From NCBI GenBank assembly GCA_038245295.1, contig JBBRSP010000011.1:64001-128000 (forward strand): a DNA stretch of 64,000 nucleotides, given 5' to 3'. Position numbers and translations under genes: made by a program. Shown here piece by piece: positions 1 to 8,803 of the stretch. Each line of letters starts with the position of its first letter. The first letter of the stretch is position 1. This DNA comes from Candidatus Binatia bacterium. GTDB taxonomy: Bacteria > Desulfobacterota > Binatia > HRBIN30. Below the pieces are notes generated by a model. That model was not told where the DNA came from, searched no databases, and saw nothing but the letters and a program-made list of their open reading frames with translations.

Positions 1-1
1 C

Positions 2-775
2 ATGTTGCGCGACGGCGTGCACTCGGGCGCCGCCAGCGGGATCGTGCCCTCGACCTTCCGCATCGCCCGCCAGTTGATCGATCGTCTCGAAGACGGCGCC
101 ACCGGAACCCTACGCGTTCCTGAGCTCTACACCGAGATTCCGGCCGAGCGTCTCGAACAGGCGAGCAAGACAGCGGTGGTCATGGCCGATGACGTGCGTG
201 GATCATTTCCGTTCGTCGATGGCGCGCGGCCGGTGACCGAGGATGTCCGCGAGTTGTTGCTCAACCGCACCTGGCGGCCGCAGCTCGAAGTGGTCGGCGC
301 CGCCGGGCTGCCGACGTTGGAGCACGCCGGCAATGTGTTGCGTCCGCAAACCACGCTGAAGTTGTCGGTACGCATCCCGCCACAGGTTGACCCGCGCGCC
401 GCCGCCACGGCGTTGAAGAAGATCCTCGAGAGCGAGCCGCCGTACGGTGCCACCGTGCACTTCGAATGCAGCGAATGCGCCTCGGGTTGGAGTGCGCCGC
501 CGACGGCGCCGTGGTTGCAACAAGCGATTGAACAAGCGTCGTCCGACTTCTTCGGCCGCCCGCCCTGTTTCATGGGGGAAGGCGGCACCATTCCGTTCAT
601 GGCGATGCTGGGACGGCAGTTCCCCGAAGCCCAGTTCCTGATCACCGGAGTCCTCGGTCCGCGCTCGAATGCGCACGGACCGAATGAGTTTCTGCACATC
701 GGCATGGCGAAGGGATTGAGTGCCAGTGTGGCGCGGGTGCTGGTGGCGCACGTCACTCGGAGAAACGAACGTTGA
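2..775 (+). CDS. M20/M25/M40 family metallopeptidase (5'-truncated by window edge)
   Basis: DGVHSG...VPS dimerisation segment, GEGGTIPF and terminal NAHGPNEFLH metal-ligand motif; N-terminal half is missing. Confidence 0.85.
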   Translation: MLRDGVHSGAASGIVPSTFRIARQLIDRLEDGATGTLRVPELYTEIPAERLEQASKTAVVMADDVRGSFPFVDGARPVTEDVRELLLNRTWRPQLEVVGAAGLPTLEHAGNVLRPQTTLKLSVRIPPQVDPRAAATALKKILESEPPYGATVHFECSECASGWSAPPTAPWLQQAIEQASSDFFGRPPCFMGEGGTIPFMAMLGRQFPEAQFLITGVLGPRSNAHGPNEFLHIGMAKGLSASVARVLVAHVTRRNER

Positions 776-917
776 TGTGAGGAGGCGCTCGTCGTCTAGA
801 GTCGTTTCCCGTTGTGCAAACCTGCACCCCGAACCCAGCACCCTGCTCCTCTGTTGACCGCCTACCAGGTGGGTGTTAGCTGCGCTGCCCCTGAGCCAGT
901 TTCGCCAAAGTGGATAC

Positions 918-990
918 GAGCCGTTAGCTCAGGCGGTAGAGCATCTGCCTTTTAAGTAGATGGTCGCTGGTTCGAGTCCAGCACGGCTCA
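918..990 (+). tRNA. tRNA-Lys(UUU)
   Basis: Cloverleaf: acceptor GAGCCGT/ACGGCTC, D arm GCTC/GAGC, anticodon arm TCTGC-CTTTTAA-GTAGA, T arm GCTGG-TTCGAGT-CCAGC; 73 nt; CCA not encoded (followed by CTT). Confidence 0.97.
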
Positions 991-994
991 CTTT

Positions 995-1030
995 ACAAAG
1001 CCCGGTCGCCTTTTGGCGTCCGGGCTTTGT
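995..1030 (+). terminator. Probable intrinsic terminator hairpin after tRNA-Lys
   Basis: ACAAAGCCCGG (995-1005) / CCGGGCTTTGT (1020-1030) perfect 11-bp stem with inner CGCC-TTTT-GGCG. Confidence 0.7.
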
Positions 1031-1075
1031 TGGGTTCGGGGTGCAGGGTCCGGGGGCTGATGTGCGAGATGTCCG

Positions 1076-3094
1076 TTGTCCGAGCCCGCACCCTGTACCC
1101 CGAACCCGGCACTCGGCGCTGCGCCCGCGGCGCAGCGCTTGTTGAAACTTTCCAGGGGGCGGTGCTACGGCACGGCGACGTTGACGACTACAGCGGCATT
1201 GAGCCCCTCGGCGACTCGTGGGCGCCTCATCCTTTCTGCTCTTGCTCTCGCTGCCATGGTCGCCGTTGCCTACCTTCCGGCGCTCCGTAACGACTTCGTC
1301 AATTGGGATGACACTACCTATCTGATCAAGAACGAGGCGGTCCATTCTCCTGGTGGTTTGGGGCAGATCTGGTCGACCATTGAGATGCCGCGGTTCTTTC
1401 CAAACTATCCAATCGTCTTCACTACCTACTGGCTCGAGTATCGTTTGTGGGGCGATTGGCCGGCCGGTTACCACGCCACCAACATCCTTCTGCACGCCGC
1501 GAACACCTCCCTCGTCTTTGCGCTTGTTCTGGCACTTGGTGGGGCGCCATGGGTCGCTGCGCTGACCGCTGCGTTGTTTGGTCTGCATCCGTTGCAGGCC
1601 GAGTCGGTCGTTTGGATAACCGAACGGAAGAATGTGCTGTCGACCTTCTTCGGTCTGCTGGCGATGTTGGCCTACTTGCGGCATCGCCGCACCGAGCGCT
1701 GGTGCTGGTATGCATTGGCCGTACTGGCGTTTGTTCTAGGGCTGCTGAGCAAAACCGCGTTGGCTCCGCTACCGCTGTCGCTTCTGTTGCTGGAGCGCAT
1801 GCGCAACGGCCGCTGGCAGCTAGAGAGCTTTACGCGTTTGCTGCCGTTGCTGGCACTCGCCGGGGTGGTGAGCCTGATGACGCTGCATATCGAGGATGCT
1901 CCGAATGTCGTGACGCCGGCGGCGCGGCCACTGCTTGCCTCAGCTGTGTTGTGGTTTTACGGCGGCATGCTGCTCGTGCCGTGGAACGTCAGGCCGCTGT
2001 ATCCGATGTGGGACGTGGCGGTCGGCGCGCCCATCTGGTGGATGCCTCTCGTCGGACTCCTGCTTGTTGTCGTCGCGGTGTGGCGCTGGGCGCCGCCGTG
2101 GCGGTCGCGTTGGGGCATGGCTCACTTCGTCTGCCTGTTGTTGCCCGTCCTTGGTCTACGCCCGTTCGGCTTCCACAAGTGGAGCCTTGTCGCCAATCAT
2201 CACGTGTACTTGGCGTCGATCGGTTTCTTCCTGGTGCTCGCGGAAGCTCTTTATCGGTGGCGCCTGGTGCGTGGTCGCGTCGTGACCTTGCTGGTTGGAG
2301 TCGTCCTACTGCTCTGGTGCGGCATCACCGAGCAGCAGATTGCCGTGTGGCGCGACTCTGTAAGTCTGTGGAGCGAGGTTCTGGTGCACAACCCAGGCTC
2401 CGCGAATGCCCAGGTCAACCTCGGCAATGCCTTGCTCGACCTCGGCCAATTGGACGCGGCCGAAGTGCAGCTGCGCCGCGGTCTCGCCGGTTCGTCGGAG
2501 CCGACGCAGACTCACACGAATCTTGGTCGTCTCTTTTTCCAGCGTGGTCAATTCGACGCGGCGGCAGAACAGCTGCTCCTCGCGCTGGCGGGAGCACCGA
2601 ACGATTCCGAGCTACACAAGAGCCTGGCCCTGGTGCGCCGATCTCAGGAACGCCTCGACGAAGCGGCGGACGAGTTGCACACCGCCATCAAACTCCAGGA
2701 TTCTCCCGTGTACCGCCGGTTGTTGGGTGGTGTGCTGTTGTCCCAGGGGCACGAGGCCGAGGCGATTGCCGCGTATCAGGCAGCTCTCGAGGGCGATGGT
2801 TCCGCCGAAACGCGGCATGAGCTCGGCGAGGCGTATCTTGCGGCCGGCCATTTGTCCGAGGCAGCCGCGGCTTTCACGGAAGTCGTGCGCCAACACCCCG
2901 AGTGGCCGGAGCCACATTACAACCTGGCGGTGGCGCTGCGCGGGTTGGGCGATACCGACGCGGCGCGCCGCGAGCTCGGCCTGGCGCTGAGGATCAAGCC
3001 TGACTTCGCTTTGGCGAGCGCGGAGCTGCAGGCTTTGGATACGAACCTCATCGAGCCGAAGGTCGGGCGGGACCCGGGTTCGAGTCCGAACTAA
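1076..3094 (+). CDS. TMTC-like membrane glycosyltransferase (GT-C fold, putative protein O-mannosyltransferase) with C-terminal TPR repeats; true start probably downstream of 1076
   Basis: YLPAL-NDFVNWDD, YP...TYWLEY.LWG..PAGYH.TN.LLH, ALFGLHPLQAESV.WITERKN.LS motifs; about 10 hydrophobic segments; WRDS..LW followed by TPR repeats. Confidence 0.8.
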   Translation: MSEPAPCTPNPALGAAPAAQRLLKLSRGRCYGTATLTTTAALSPSATRGRLILSALALAAMVAVAYLPALRNDFVNWDDTTYLIKNEAVHSPGGLGQIWSTIEMPRFFPNYPIVFTTYWLEYRLWGDWPAGYHATNILLHAANTSLVFALVLALGGAPWVAALTAALFGLHPLQAESVVWITERKNVLSTFFGLLAMLAYLRHRRTERWCWYALAVLAFVLGLLSKTALAPLPLSLLLLERMRNGRWQLESFTRLLPLLALAGVVSLMTLHIEDAPNVVTPAARPLLASAVLWFYGGMLLVPWNVRPLYPMWDVAVGAPIWWMPLVGLLLVVVAVWRWAPPWRSRWGMAHFVCLLLPVLGLRPFGFHKWSLVANHHVYLASIGFFLVLAEALYRWRLVRGRVVTLLVGVVLLLWCGITEQQIAVWRDSVSLWSEVLVHNPGSANAQVNLGNALLDLGQLDAAEVQLRRGLAGSSEPTQTHTNLGRLFFQRGQFDAAAEQLLLALAGAPNDSELHKSLALVRRSQERLDEAADELHTAIKLQDSPVYRRLLGGVLLSQGHEAEAIAAYQAALEGDGSAETRHELGEAYLAAGHLSEAAAAFTEVVRQHPEWPEPHYNLAVALRGLGDTDAARRELGLALRIKPDFALASAELQALDTNLIEPKVGRDPGSSPN

Positions 3095-3199
3095 CATCAA
3101 TCCGACAATGAGGTTTCAGGGTGGAGTGAGAGCGTGGATCCCCTGGCGCGAGACTTGTCGATTTCCTCTGATCGCGCGTTTGAAAGTATACGAACACCT

Positions 3200-3229
3200 G
3201 CGACATTCCGGCGAAAGCCGGAATGTCGC
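3200..3229. repeat. Perfect palindromic hairpin (REP-like or terminator)
   Basis: GCGACATTCCGGC-GAAA-GCCGGAATGTCGC, 13-bp stem with GNRA loop. Confidence 0.75.
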
Positions 3230-3266
3230 CAGCTTTCGAGGCTTCCAGCACTGGGAGATCCCGGTC

Positions 3267-3410
3267 TTCACCGGGATGACGTTGCTCCACTTTGGTTTTA
3301 CGACAGACTCTTTCACCGGGATGACGTTGCTCCACTTTGGTTTTACGACAGACTCTTTCGGCGGGATGACGTTGCTTCATCTCCGTTTATTGACAGTCTC
3401 TTTCGCCGGG
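3267..3410. repeat. 45-bp tandem repeat, about 3.2 copies
   Basis: Unit TTCACCGGGATGACGTTGCTCCACTTTGGTTTTACGACAGACTCT starts at 3267, 3312 (identical), 3357 (diverged) and 3402 (partial). Confidence 0.9.
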
Positions 3411-3510
3411 CTCCAGTGAGTCGTGCCGCCCCACCTTTCAGCCGCGGCGGTGTCTGTAGTATCGGTTGCCGGCGATGCTTGCCGCCGCGGCCGAAGAGCC
3501 GTCCATACCG

Positions 3511-4725
3511 ATGACTCCCGCCGAGCGGGCGAACCAGCGCAATGCGGTGCTCGCCGGGTTTCTCGGCTGGACTCTCGACGCCTTCGACTTCTTCATCCTG
3601 ACGTTAGTCATCGACGATGTCGCGGCCTCGTTCGGGCGCTCGCGCCCAGACATCCTGTTTGCCGTCACCGCGGCGCTGGCCATGCGGCCGCTCGGCGCGC
3701 TCATCTTTGGTGTCATGGCCGACCGTCTCGGGCGGCGCCTGCCGCTGATGCTCAACGTCGTGTTCTATGCGGTGATCTCGATCCTCTCGGGACTGGCACC
3801 GAGTTACACGGCGTTCCTCTTCCTACGGATGTTGTTCGGTGTTGGTATGGGCGGCGAGTGGGGTGTCGGAGCTTCGTTGGCCCTCGAGTCGGCGTCGCCG
3901 CGTTGGCGCGGGCTGCTGTCGGGCTTGCTCCAGGAAGGTTACGCGCTCGGCAATCTCCTCTCGGCGCTGGCCTTTCGGCTTGCCTATCCGTATTTCAACA
4001 CCCTCTATCCGGGGAACGGTTGGCGCGTCATGTTCTTCCTCGGCGGCCTGCCGGCGCTGCTGGCGCTATTCATCCGATCGAAGGTGAAGGAATCCGACGC
4101 CTGGCGCGAGAACCAGACCGACTGGGCGACCTATCGCCAATCACTGCCGCAGTACTGGCGGCGCTTTCTGTATCTCGTGGCGCTCATGGCGATGATGAAC
4201 TTCCTGTCGCACGGCACGCAGGATGTCTATCCAACCCTGCTCGGCTCGATTGGCTACAGCAAAGCGCGCATTGCCGATGTGACCATGCTCTCCGGCGTCG
4301 GGGCCGTGCTTGGTGGTCTAGTGTTCGGTTACTACTCCGATCGCAGCGGACGCCGACGCGCGATGATGACCGCGATGTTCTGCGGTCTGCTGGTCGTGCC
4401 GTTCTGGATCGCCAGTCATAGCCCGGTGCAGATTCTCGTCGGCGTATTCCTGATGCAGTTCTTCGTACAGGGCGCCTGGGGCGTGATTCCAGCGCACATC
4501 AATGAATTGTCGCCGAACCATCTGCGCGGCGTCTTTCCTGGATTCGCGTATCAGCTTGGCGTGTTGTGCGCCGCCAGTATTCCTTACGTCGAAGCCGTGC
4601 TGGGCGAACGCTTCACCTACGCGCAGGCCATGGGAGGACTGGTGACGCTGGTGTTCGTCGGCGCTCTCGTCGTGACCTTCTGCGGCCCGGAGGCGAAGGG
4701 TGTTTCGTTCCGCAAGGGAATGTAG
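3511..4725 (+). CDS. MFS transporter, SHS (sialate/carboxylate:H+ symporter, NanT/Jen1-like) family
   Basis: GWTLDAFDFF, GVMADRLGRR, GMGGEWG and NFLSHGTQDVYPT signature motifs; about 12 TM segments; start approximate. Confidence 0.85.
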   Translation: MTPAERANQRNAVLAGFLGWTLDAFDFFILTLVIDDVAASFGRSRPDILFAVTAALAMRPLGALIFGVMADRLGRRLPLMLNVVFYAVISILSGLAPSYTAFLFLRMLFGVGMGGEWGVGASLALESASPRWRGLLSGLLQEGYALGNLLSALAFRLAYPYFNTLYPGNGWRVMFFLGGLPALLALFIRSKVKESDAWRENQTDWATYRQSLPQYWRRFLYLVALMAMMNFLSHGTQDVYPTLLGSIGYSKARIADVTMLSGVGAVLGGLVFGYYSDRSGRRRAMMTAMFCGLLVVPFWIASHSPVQILVGVFLMQFFVQGAWGVIPAHINELSPNHLRGVFPGFAYQLGVLCAASIPYVEAVLGERFTYAQAMGGLVTLVFVGALVVTFCGPEAKGVSFRKGM

Positions 4726-4745
4726 GGGCGGTTCGAGAACCGCCC
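4722..4745 (+). repeat. GTAG-type REP-like palindrome
   Basis: GTAG followed by GGGCGGTT-CGAG-AACCGCCC. Confidence 0.6.
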
Positions 4746-4778
4746 GGCGACGCCGAGGGGAGGGAGGGGTAGAGAGTC

Positions 4779-5099
4779 ATGAGCATGGTTCGTAGTATCA
4801 TTCGCTTTCAGGTGAAACCGGGTCGTGAGGCCGACTTCGGGTCCGCCTTTCACCGCACGGGAATGTTGACGCGTCCGCGGGGAATCGTCGGATTCCTCGA
4901 CGCCGAGCTCAGTCACTCGGTCGACAACGTCGGTGACTATCTCGTTGTCGCGCGTTGGGAGTCGGCCGAATCCTATCGTGCCTGGCAGGAGGAAGCGCTT
5001 ATTGGAGCGCCGCCGGACGCACTCGACGACCTGTTCGACACGCTGATCGATCCGCAAGCCGGTAGCCTCTACGCGATCATTTCCACCGGCGAGCCCTAA
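4779..5099 (+). CDS. Antibiotic biosynthesis monooxygenase (ABM) family protein
   Basis: RFQVKPGREADF...YLVVARWESAESYRAW pattern; 106 aa. Confidence 0.8.
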   Translation: MSMVRSIIRFQVKPGREADFGSAFHRTGMLTRPRGIVGFLDAELSHSVDNVGDYLVVARWESAESYRAWQEEALIGAPPDALDDLFDTLIDPQAGSLYAIISTGEP

Positions 5100-5114
5100 G
5101 GGTGCGGACTACGT

Positions 5115-5132
5115 CGCAGGCTTCAGCCTGCG
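5115..5132. repeat. REP-like palindrome, CGCAGGCT-NN-AGCCTGCG family
   Basis: CGCAGGCTTCAGCCTGCG; relatives at 7708-7731, 7753-7776, 11730-11747 and 11755-11915. Confidence 0.7.
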
Positions 5133-5206
5133 GTCAGCTGACTGATTCAAAGGTGCACAACGACCCCGGGGCTTCCTTTCGAGTGTTCTTGCGATAGGGA
5201 CGCCGC

Positions 5207-6451
5207 ATGGAAACGATTCGACGCGAGGTTCCGAACGGGGTGATCGAGGGCAGCTACGATCCGCGCTTTGCCGCTGTGGCGGCGGAGTTCGAGCGCAACT
5301 TTCGCGAGCGCGGTGAGGTGGGTGCTTCCGTCTGTCTGCACCACGATGGCCAGACGGTGGTCGACCTGTGGGGCGGGCTCGCCAATCCCGACGCGGGATT
5401 GGCATGGACACGCGATACCGTGTCGATCGTCTTTTCGTGCACCAAGGGGGCGACAGCGATCTGCGCTCACATGCTCGCATCGCAGGGCAAGCTCGATATC
5501 GACGCGCCGGTCGCCGAGTACTGGCCGGAGTTTGCATGCAACGGCAAAGAGAACGCCACGGTCAAGATGATGCTCGATCACTCGGTCGGACTGCCGGCTT
5601 GCAAGACCTTCCTCAAGATGGGCGGCGCCTACGACTGGGACTACATGGTTGAAACCCTCGCCAACGAGGAACCGTTCTGGGAGCCTGGGATCCGCAACGG
5701 CTACCACATGATTAACTTTGGCTGGACCGTCGGGGAGCTGGTACGGCGTGTCTCCGGTCGGTCGCTCGGAACTTTCTTCCGGGAAGAGATCGCCACGCCC
5801 CTGGGCATCGATTTCTGGATTGGTCTGCCGGAGGAGATCGAGCCGCGTGTTGCGCCGATGCGTATGCACATGCCGCAGCCGGGCGAGCCGTTGAGCGAGT
5901 TCACGACGACCTTGCTGACGGATCCACAATCGATTGCCGGCCTGTCGCTGCTCAACAATGGCGGCTTCGATCCGAACGCTCGCGCCGCACACGCCGCAGA
6001 GATTGGTGGCGCTGGTGGCATCTCCAACGCCCGCGGTCTGGCCGGACTCTACACGCCGCTCGCGAACGGCGGATCCTTTGGCGGTGTCACCCTCGCCGAT
6101 GCTCGGCAACTGGCGCGCATGGGCGAGGTTTCCATGGCGACCAACCGCGATGCGACGCTGCTGGTGCCGACGCGTTTTGCACTCGGGTTCATGAAGTCGA
6201 TGGACAACCGCCGGCGCAGCCGCGGCGATCGCGATAGCGCCGTGTTGTCGTCGGCGGCGTTCGGACACGTCGGTGCCGGAGGCAGCATTGGTTTTGCCGA
6301 CCCCAACGAAGGCATGGCGTTCGGCTACTCGATGAATCAGATGGGCGCCAGCATTCTCTTGAATGAGCGTGGCCAGTCGCTGGTCGACGCCGCGTATCGG
6401 GCGCTCGGCTATGCCTCGAACGACAGCGGGGTTTGGCGCCGACCGTCGTGA
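5207..6451 (+). CDS. Serine hydrolase, beta-lactamase-related (family VIII esterase-like)
   Basis: FSCTKG (SxxK), WEPG...GYH, FGHVGAGGS.GFADP. Confidence 0.88.
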   Translation: METIRREVPNGVIEGSYDPRFAAVAAEFERNFRERGEVGASVCLHHDGQTVVDLWGGLANPDAGLAWTRDTVSIVFSCTKGATAICAHMLASQGKLDIDAPVAEYWPEFACNGKENATVKMMLDHSVGLPACKTFLKMGGAYDWDYMVETLANEEPFWEPGIRNGYHMINFGWTVGELVRRVSGRSLGTFFREEIATPLGIDFWIGLPEEIEPRVAPMRMHMPQPGEPLSEFTTTLLTDPQSIAGLSLLNNGGFDPNARAAHAAEIGGAGGISNARGLAGLYTPLANGGSFGGVTLADARQLARMGEVSMATNRDATLLVPTRFALGFMKSMDNRRRSRGDRDSAVLSSAAFGHVGAGGSIGFADPNEGMAFGYSMNQMGASILLNERGQSLVDAAYRALGYASNDSGVWRRPS

Positions 6452-6569
6452 GTTCCCGAATTGGATCAACAAGCACTGAAGCGCGCCCTCTCCCGCGTCG
6501 AACGGAACCAGGGACGGCGGGAGAGGGGATGCTTTGCCCGCGTATTCTCTGTTCGAAGATGGAGTGGCT

Positions 6570-7646
6570 ATGAAGGAGCCGCAAGCAACGAGTGATGCGC
6601 CGCTGACCAAGGGCCACTTTTCGGTGGCTCGCGTCTTGGACGGTTGGTACGTCGCCTGTCGCAGCACCGATCTTGGCAGCGCGCCGCTGGCGCGCATGAT
6701 CTTCGATCTACCCGTGGTGTTGTTCCGCGATACGGCGGGGCGTGCAGCTACCTTGCTCGACCGCTGTGCGCATCGCAATGCGCCGCTGTCGCTCGGAGCG
6801 GTGGATGCGGTCGGACATCTCGCGTGCCCCTACCATGGATGGCGCTTCGACGGTTCCGGCACCTGTCGCGAGGTTCCCGGGTTGGTCGATGACAGAGACG
6901 CGGCCGGGCGTTGTGTCCCGTCGTTTGCCACCTGTGAGCAGGACGGTTTCGTCTGGATGTGGGGCCGGGCCGATGCAACACCGCTCGGCACGCCGGTGCG
7001 CATTCCGTTTGTCGACGACGACGCCTACTTCAAGGTGCTGCGTGAATACGACGTCGAGTGCACCTTGCACGCGGCGCTCGAGAACGCGTTGGATGTGCCA
7101 CATACGGCCTTTGTGCACCGCGGTGACTTTCGCGGCAAAGGCAGTCGCGAGATCGAAGCCGTGCGACGCCGGATTCCTGGCGGCATCGAAGTCGAGTATG
7201 TCGGCGAGCCACCGTTGTCGGGCCGTCTGACGGACGACGCGGGGCGACCAATCGTCACGCAGCATTGGGATCGCTTCTTCCTGCCGGGTGTGGCTCAGGT
7301 CGAATACCGCACCGATGCGCGCCACCAGATCAGCACGCTGCCGCATACGCCGATGAGCGACTTCCGTACACGCTTCTGGTTGGTGTCGTGCTGGAAGATC
7401 GCGCCGGAGAGGCGCGCCGAGATGGGGCCGCGCATCGAGAAGCAATTGGATCTGATCCTGGGCCAGGACGTCGAGATCCTGCGCCAACAGACACGCCGCA
7501 TCCGTGAGCTCGGCGGCGAGTCGTTTCGTTCGACGCCGCTCGACCTCATGGGCCCGGAGATGCTGCGTATGCTGCGCCAGGCCGAACGTGGGTTGCCGAC
7601 GGATGCGACACCGATTGATCGCGGCGTCACGTTGCGGGTGTTCTGA
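6570..7646 (+). CDS. Rieske non-heme iron oxygenase alpha subunit (VanA/KshA-like)
   Basis: CAHR...CPYHGW Rieske motif; ENALDVPHTAFVH mononuclear Fe motif; GGAG before ATG 6570. Confidence 0.88.
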   Translation: MKEPQATSDAPLTKGHFSVARVLDGWYVACRSTDLGSAPLARMIFDLPVVLFRDTAGRAATLLDRCAHRNAPLSLGAVDAVGHLACPYHGWRFDGSGTCREVPGLVDDRDAAGRCVPSFATCEQDGFVWMWGRADATPLGTPVRIPFVDDDAYFKVLREYDVECTLHAALENALDVPHTAFVHRGDFRGKGSREIEAVRRRIPGGIEVEYVGEPPLSGRLTDDAGRPIVTQHWDRFFLPGVAQVEYRTDARHQISTLPHTPMSDFRTRFWLVSCWKIAPERRAEMGPRIEKQLDLILGQDVEILRQQTRRIRELGGESFRSTPLDLMGPEMLRMLRQAERGLPTDATPIDRGVTLRVF

Positions 7647-7707
7647 TGCGCTTCGGCGGGCAATCGCCGCCCGAGGTTCTCAAATCAATCAACCGATGTC
7701 CAGCTGA

Positions 7708-7776
7708 CCGCAGGCGGAAGCCTCGCCTACCACTTAGCTGCGTTGAGGATCGGTAGGCGCAAGCTTCAGCTTGCGG
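7708..7776. repeat. Pair of oppositely oriented GTAG REP-like palindromes
   Basis: CCGCAGGCGGAAGCCTCGCCTACC (GTAG on minus strand) and GTAGGCGCAAGCTTCAGCTTGCGG (plus strand). Confidence 0.65.
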
Positions 7777-7836
7777 TGGCCACTTCCCCCGGCGGTCCGA
7801 ATTGGGATACGAAGCGCCGACCAACGGAGGACGACC

Positions 7837-8634
7837 ATGGCCGAGACAGACCTTTCCAAACCGGATGCACTGGCCGACTTCGAGCGCCGGCAGATCACCC
7901 TGCTGGGCAAAGAGAAGCTTGTCTTCGTCGCCGGCAAAGGGCCGGCGGTGATTGTCATGACCGAGATGCCGGGGATCTCGCCGCACGTGGCGCGTTTCGC
8001 GCGGTGGATCCGCGATGCGGGTTTCACTGTGTGGATGCCGAATCTGTTCGGTGATCCCGGCCGGCCACTGTCGGCTGGGTATACCATCCGCTCGATCGTC
8101 AAGGCGTGTATCAGCTCCGAGTTCCGCGCCTTTGCGGCCAATGCCTCAAGCCCGGTGACACAGTGGCTGCGCGCCCTGGCGGCCGACGTTCATCCGAAGT
8201 GTGGCGGGAAAGGCGTCGGCGCCATCGGTATGTGTTTCACCGGCAACTTCGCCCTGTCGATGATGCTCGAGCCGGCAATGCTGGCGCCGGTGCTATCGCA
8301 GCCGTCGTTGCCGCTGGCCAGTAAGGGCGGCATGCACATCGCCCCGGAGGAGCTGAAGGCCGTGAAGGAGCGCCTTGATCGTGAGAACCTCACGGTGCGC
8401 GCCTATCGCTTCGAAGGTGATGCGTTCTGTCGCAACGAACGCTTCGCGGCGTACCAGCAAGCCCTCGGCGATCGCTTTGAACCGCGCGTTCTACCCGACA
8501 GCGCCGCCAATCCCGATTCACCGCTGAAAAACCCGCACAGCGTGGTCACGGTGAACCTGATCGACGAGAAGAATCAGCCGACGCGCAAGGCGGTCGACGA
8601 AATCATCGAGTTCTTTCGGATGCGGCTTGCCTAG
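7837..8634 (+). CDS. Dienelactone hydrolase family protein
   Basis: EMPGI, GAIGMCFTG nucleophile Cys motif, PHSVVT His; GGAGG SD before ATG 7837. Confidence 0.85.
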   Translation: MAETDLSKPDALADFERRQITLLGKEKLVFVAGKGPAVIVMTEMPGISPHVARFARWIRDAGFTVWMPNLFGDPGRPLSAGYTIRSIVKACISSEFRAFAANASSPVTQWLRALAADVHPKCGGKGVGAIGMCFTGNFALSMMLEPAMLAPVLSQPSLPLASKGGMHIAPEELKAVKERLDRENLTVRAYRFEGDAFCRNERFAAYQQALGDRFEPRVLPDSAANPDSPLKNPHSVVTVNLIDEKNQPTRKAVDEIIEFFRMRLA

Positions 8635-8803
8635 GCGCTGAAGCGGTCCTTGGTTTGGGGGCGGGCGTTACCTGCTCCGACGACTACGGGGACCGCAAGG
8701 ACTACGGGGACTGCAGGGACGCTGCTGCGTGTTCACTTCGATTTCACGTTCGATTCATTCTGTCTCCTTTGTGAACTCCATCTTGGGGTGTGCCGCGATA
8801 AGG

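Larger units (their letters stand above)
821..1108. repeat. GCACCCCGAACCC-type short repeats flanking the tRNA
   Basis: CCTGCACCCCGAACCCA (821-837) is the exact reverse complement of 1031-1047; related copy at 1091-1108 and another at 62341-62356. Confidence 0.7.

Noticed and set aside
3267..3410. Possible CRISPR array
   Set aside because: Units are contiguous 45-bp tandem copies with no unique spacers, and there are no cas genes in the window
5207..6451. Beta-lactam resistance gene
   Set aside because: No signal peptide, and the motifs fit cytoplasmic family VIII esterases rather than AmpC
5147..6778. Long antisense or alternative-frame ORFs (also 1447..2820, 24022..25659, 40011..41204, 46959..48500, 57732..58910, 61096..62337)
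   Set aside because: They lie over well-supported genes, have no motifs, and are expected from stop-codon scarcity in high-GC DNA
8668..8781. Selenocysteine read-through of the in-frame TGA in MEFTKETE*IEREIEVNTQQ...
   Set aside because: No recognisable SECIS hairpin or redox motif, and no SD before that ATG
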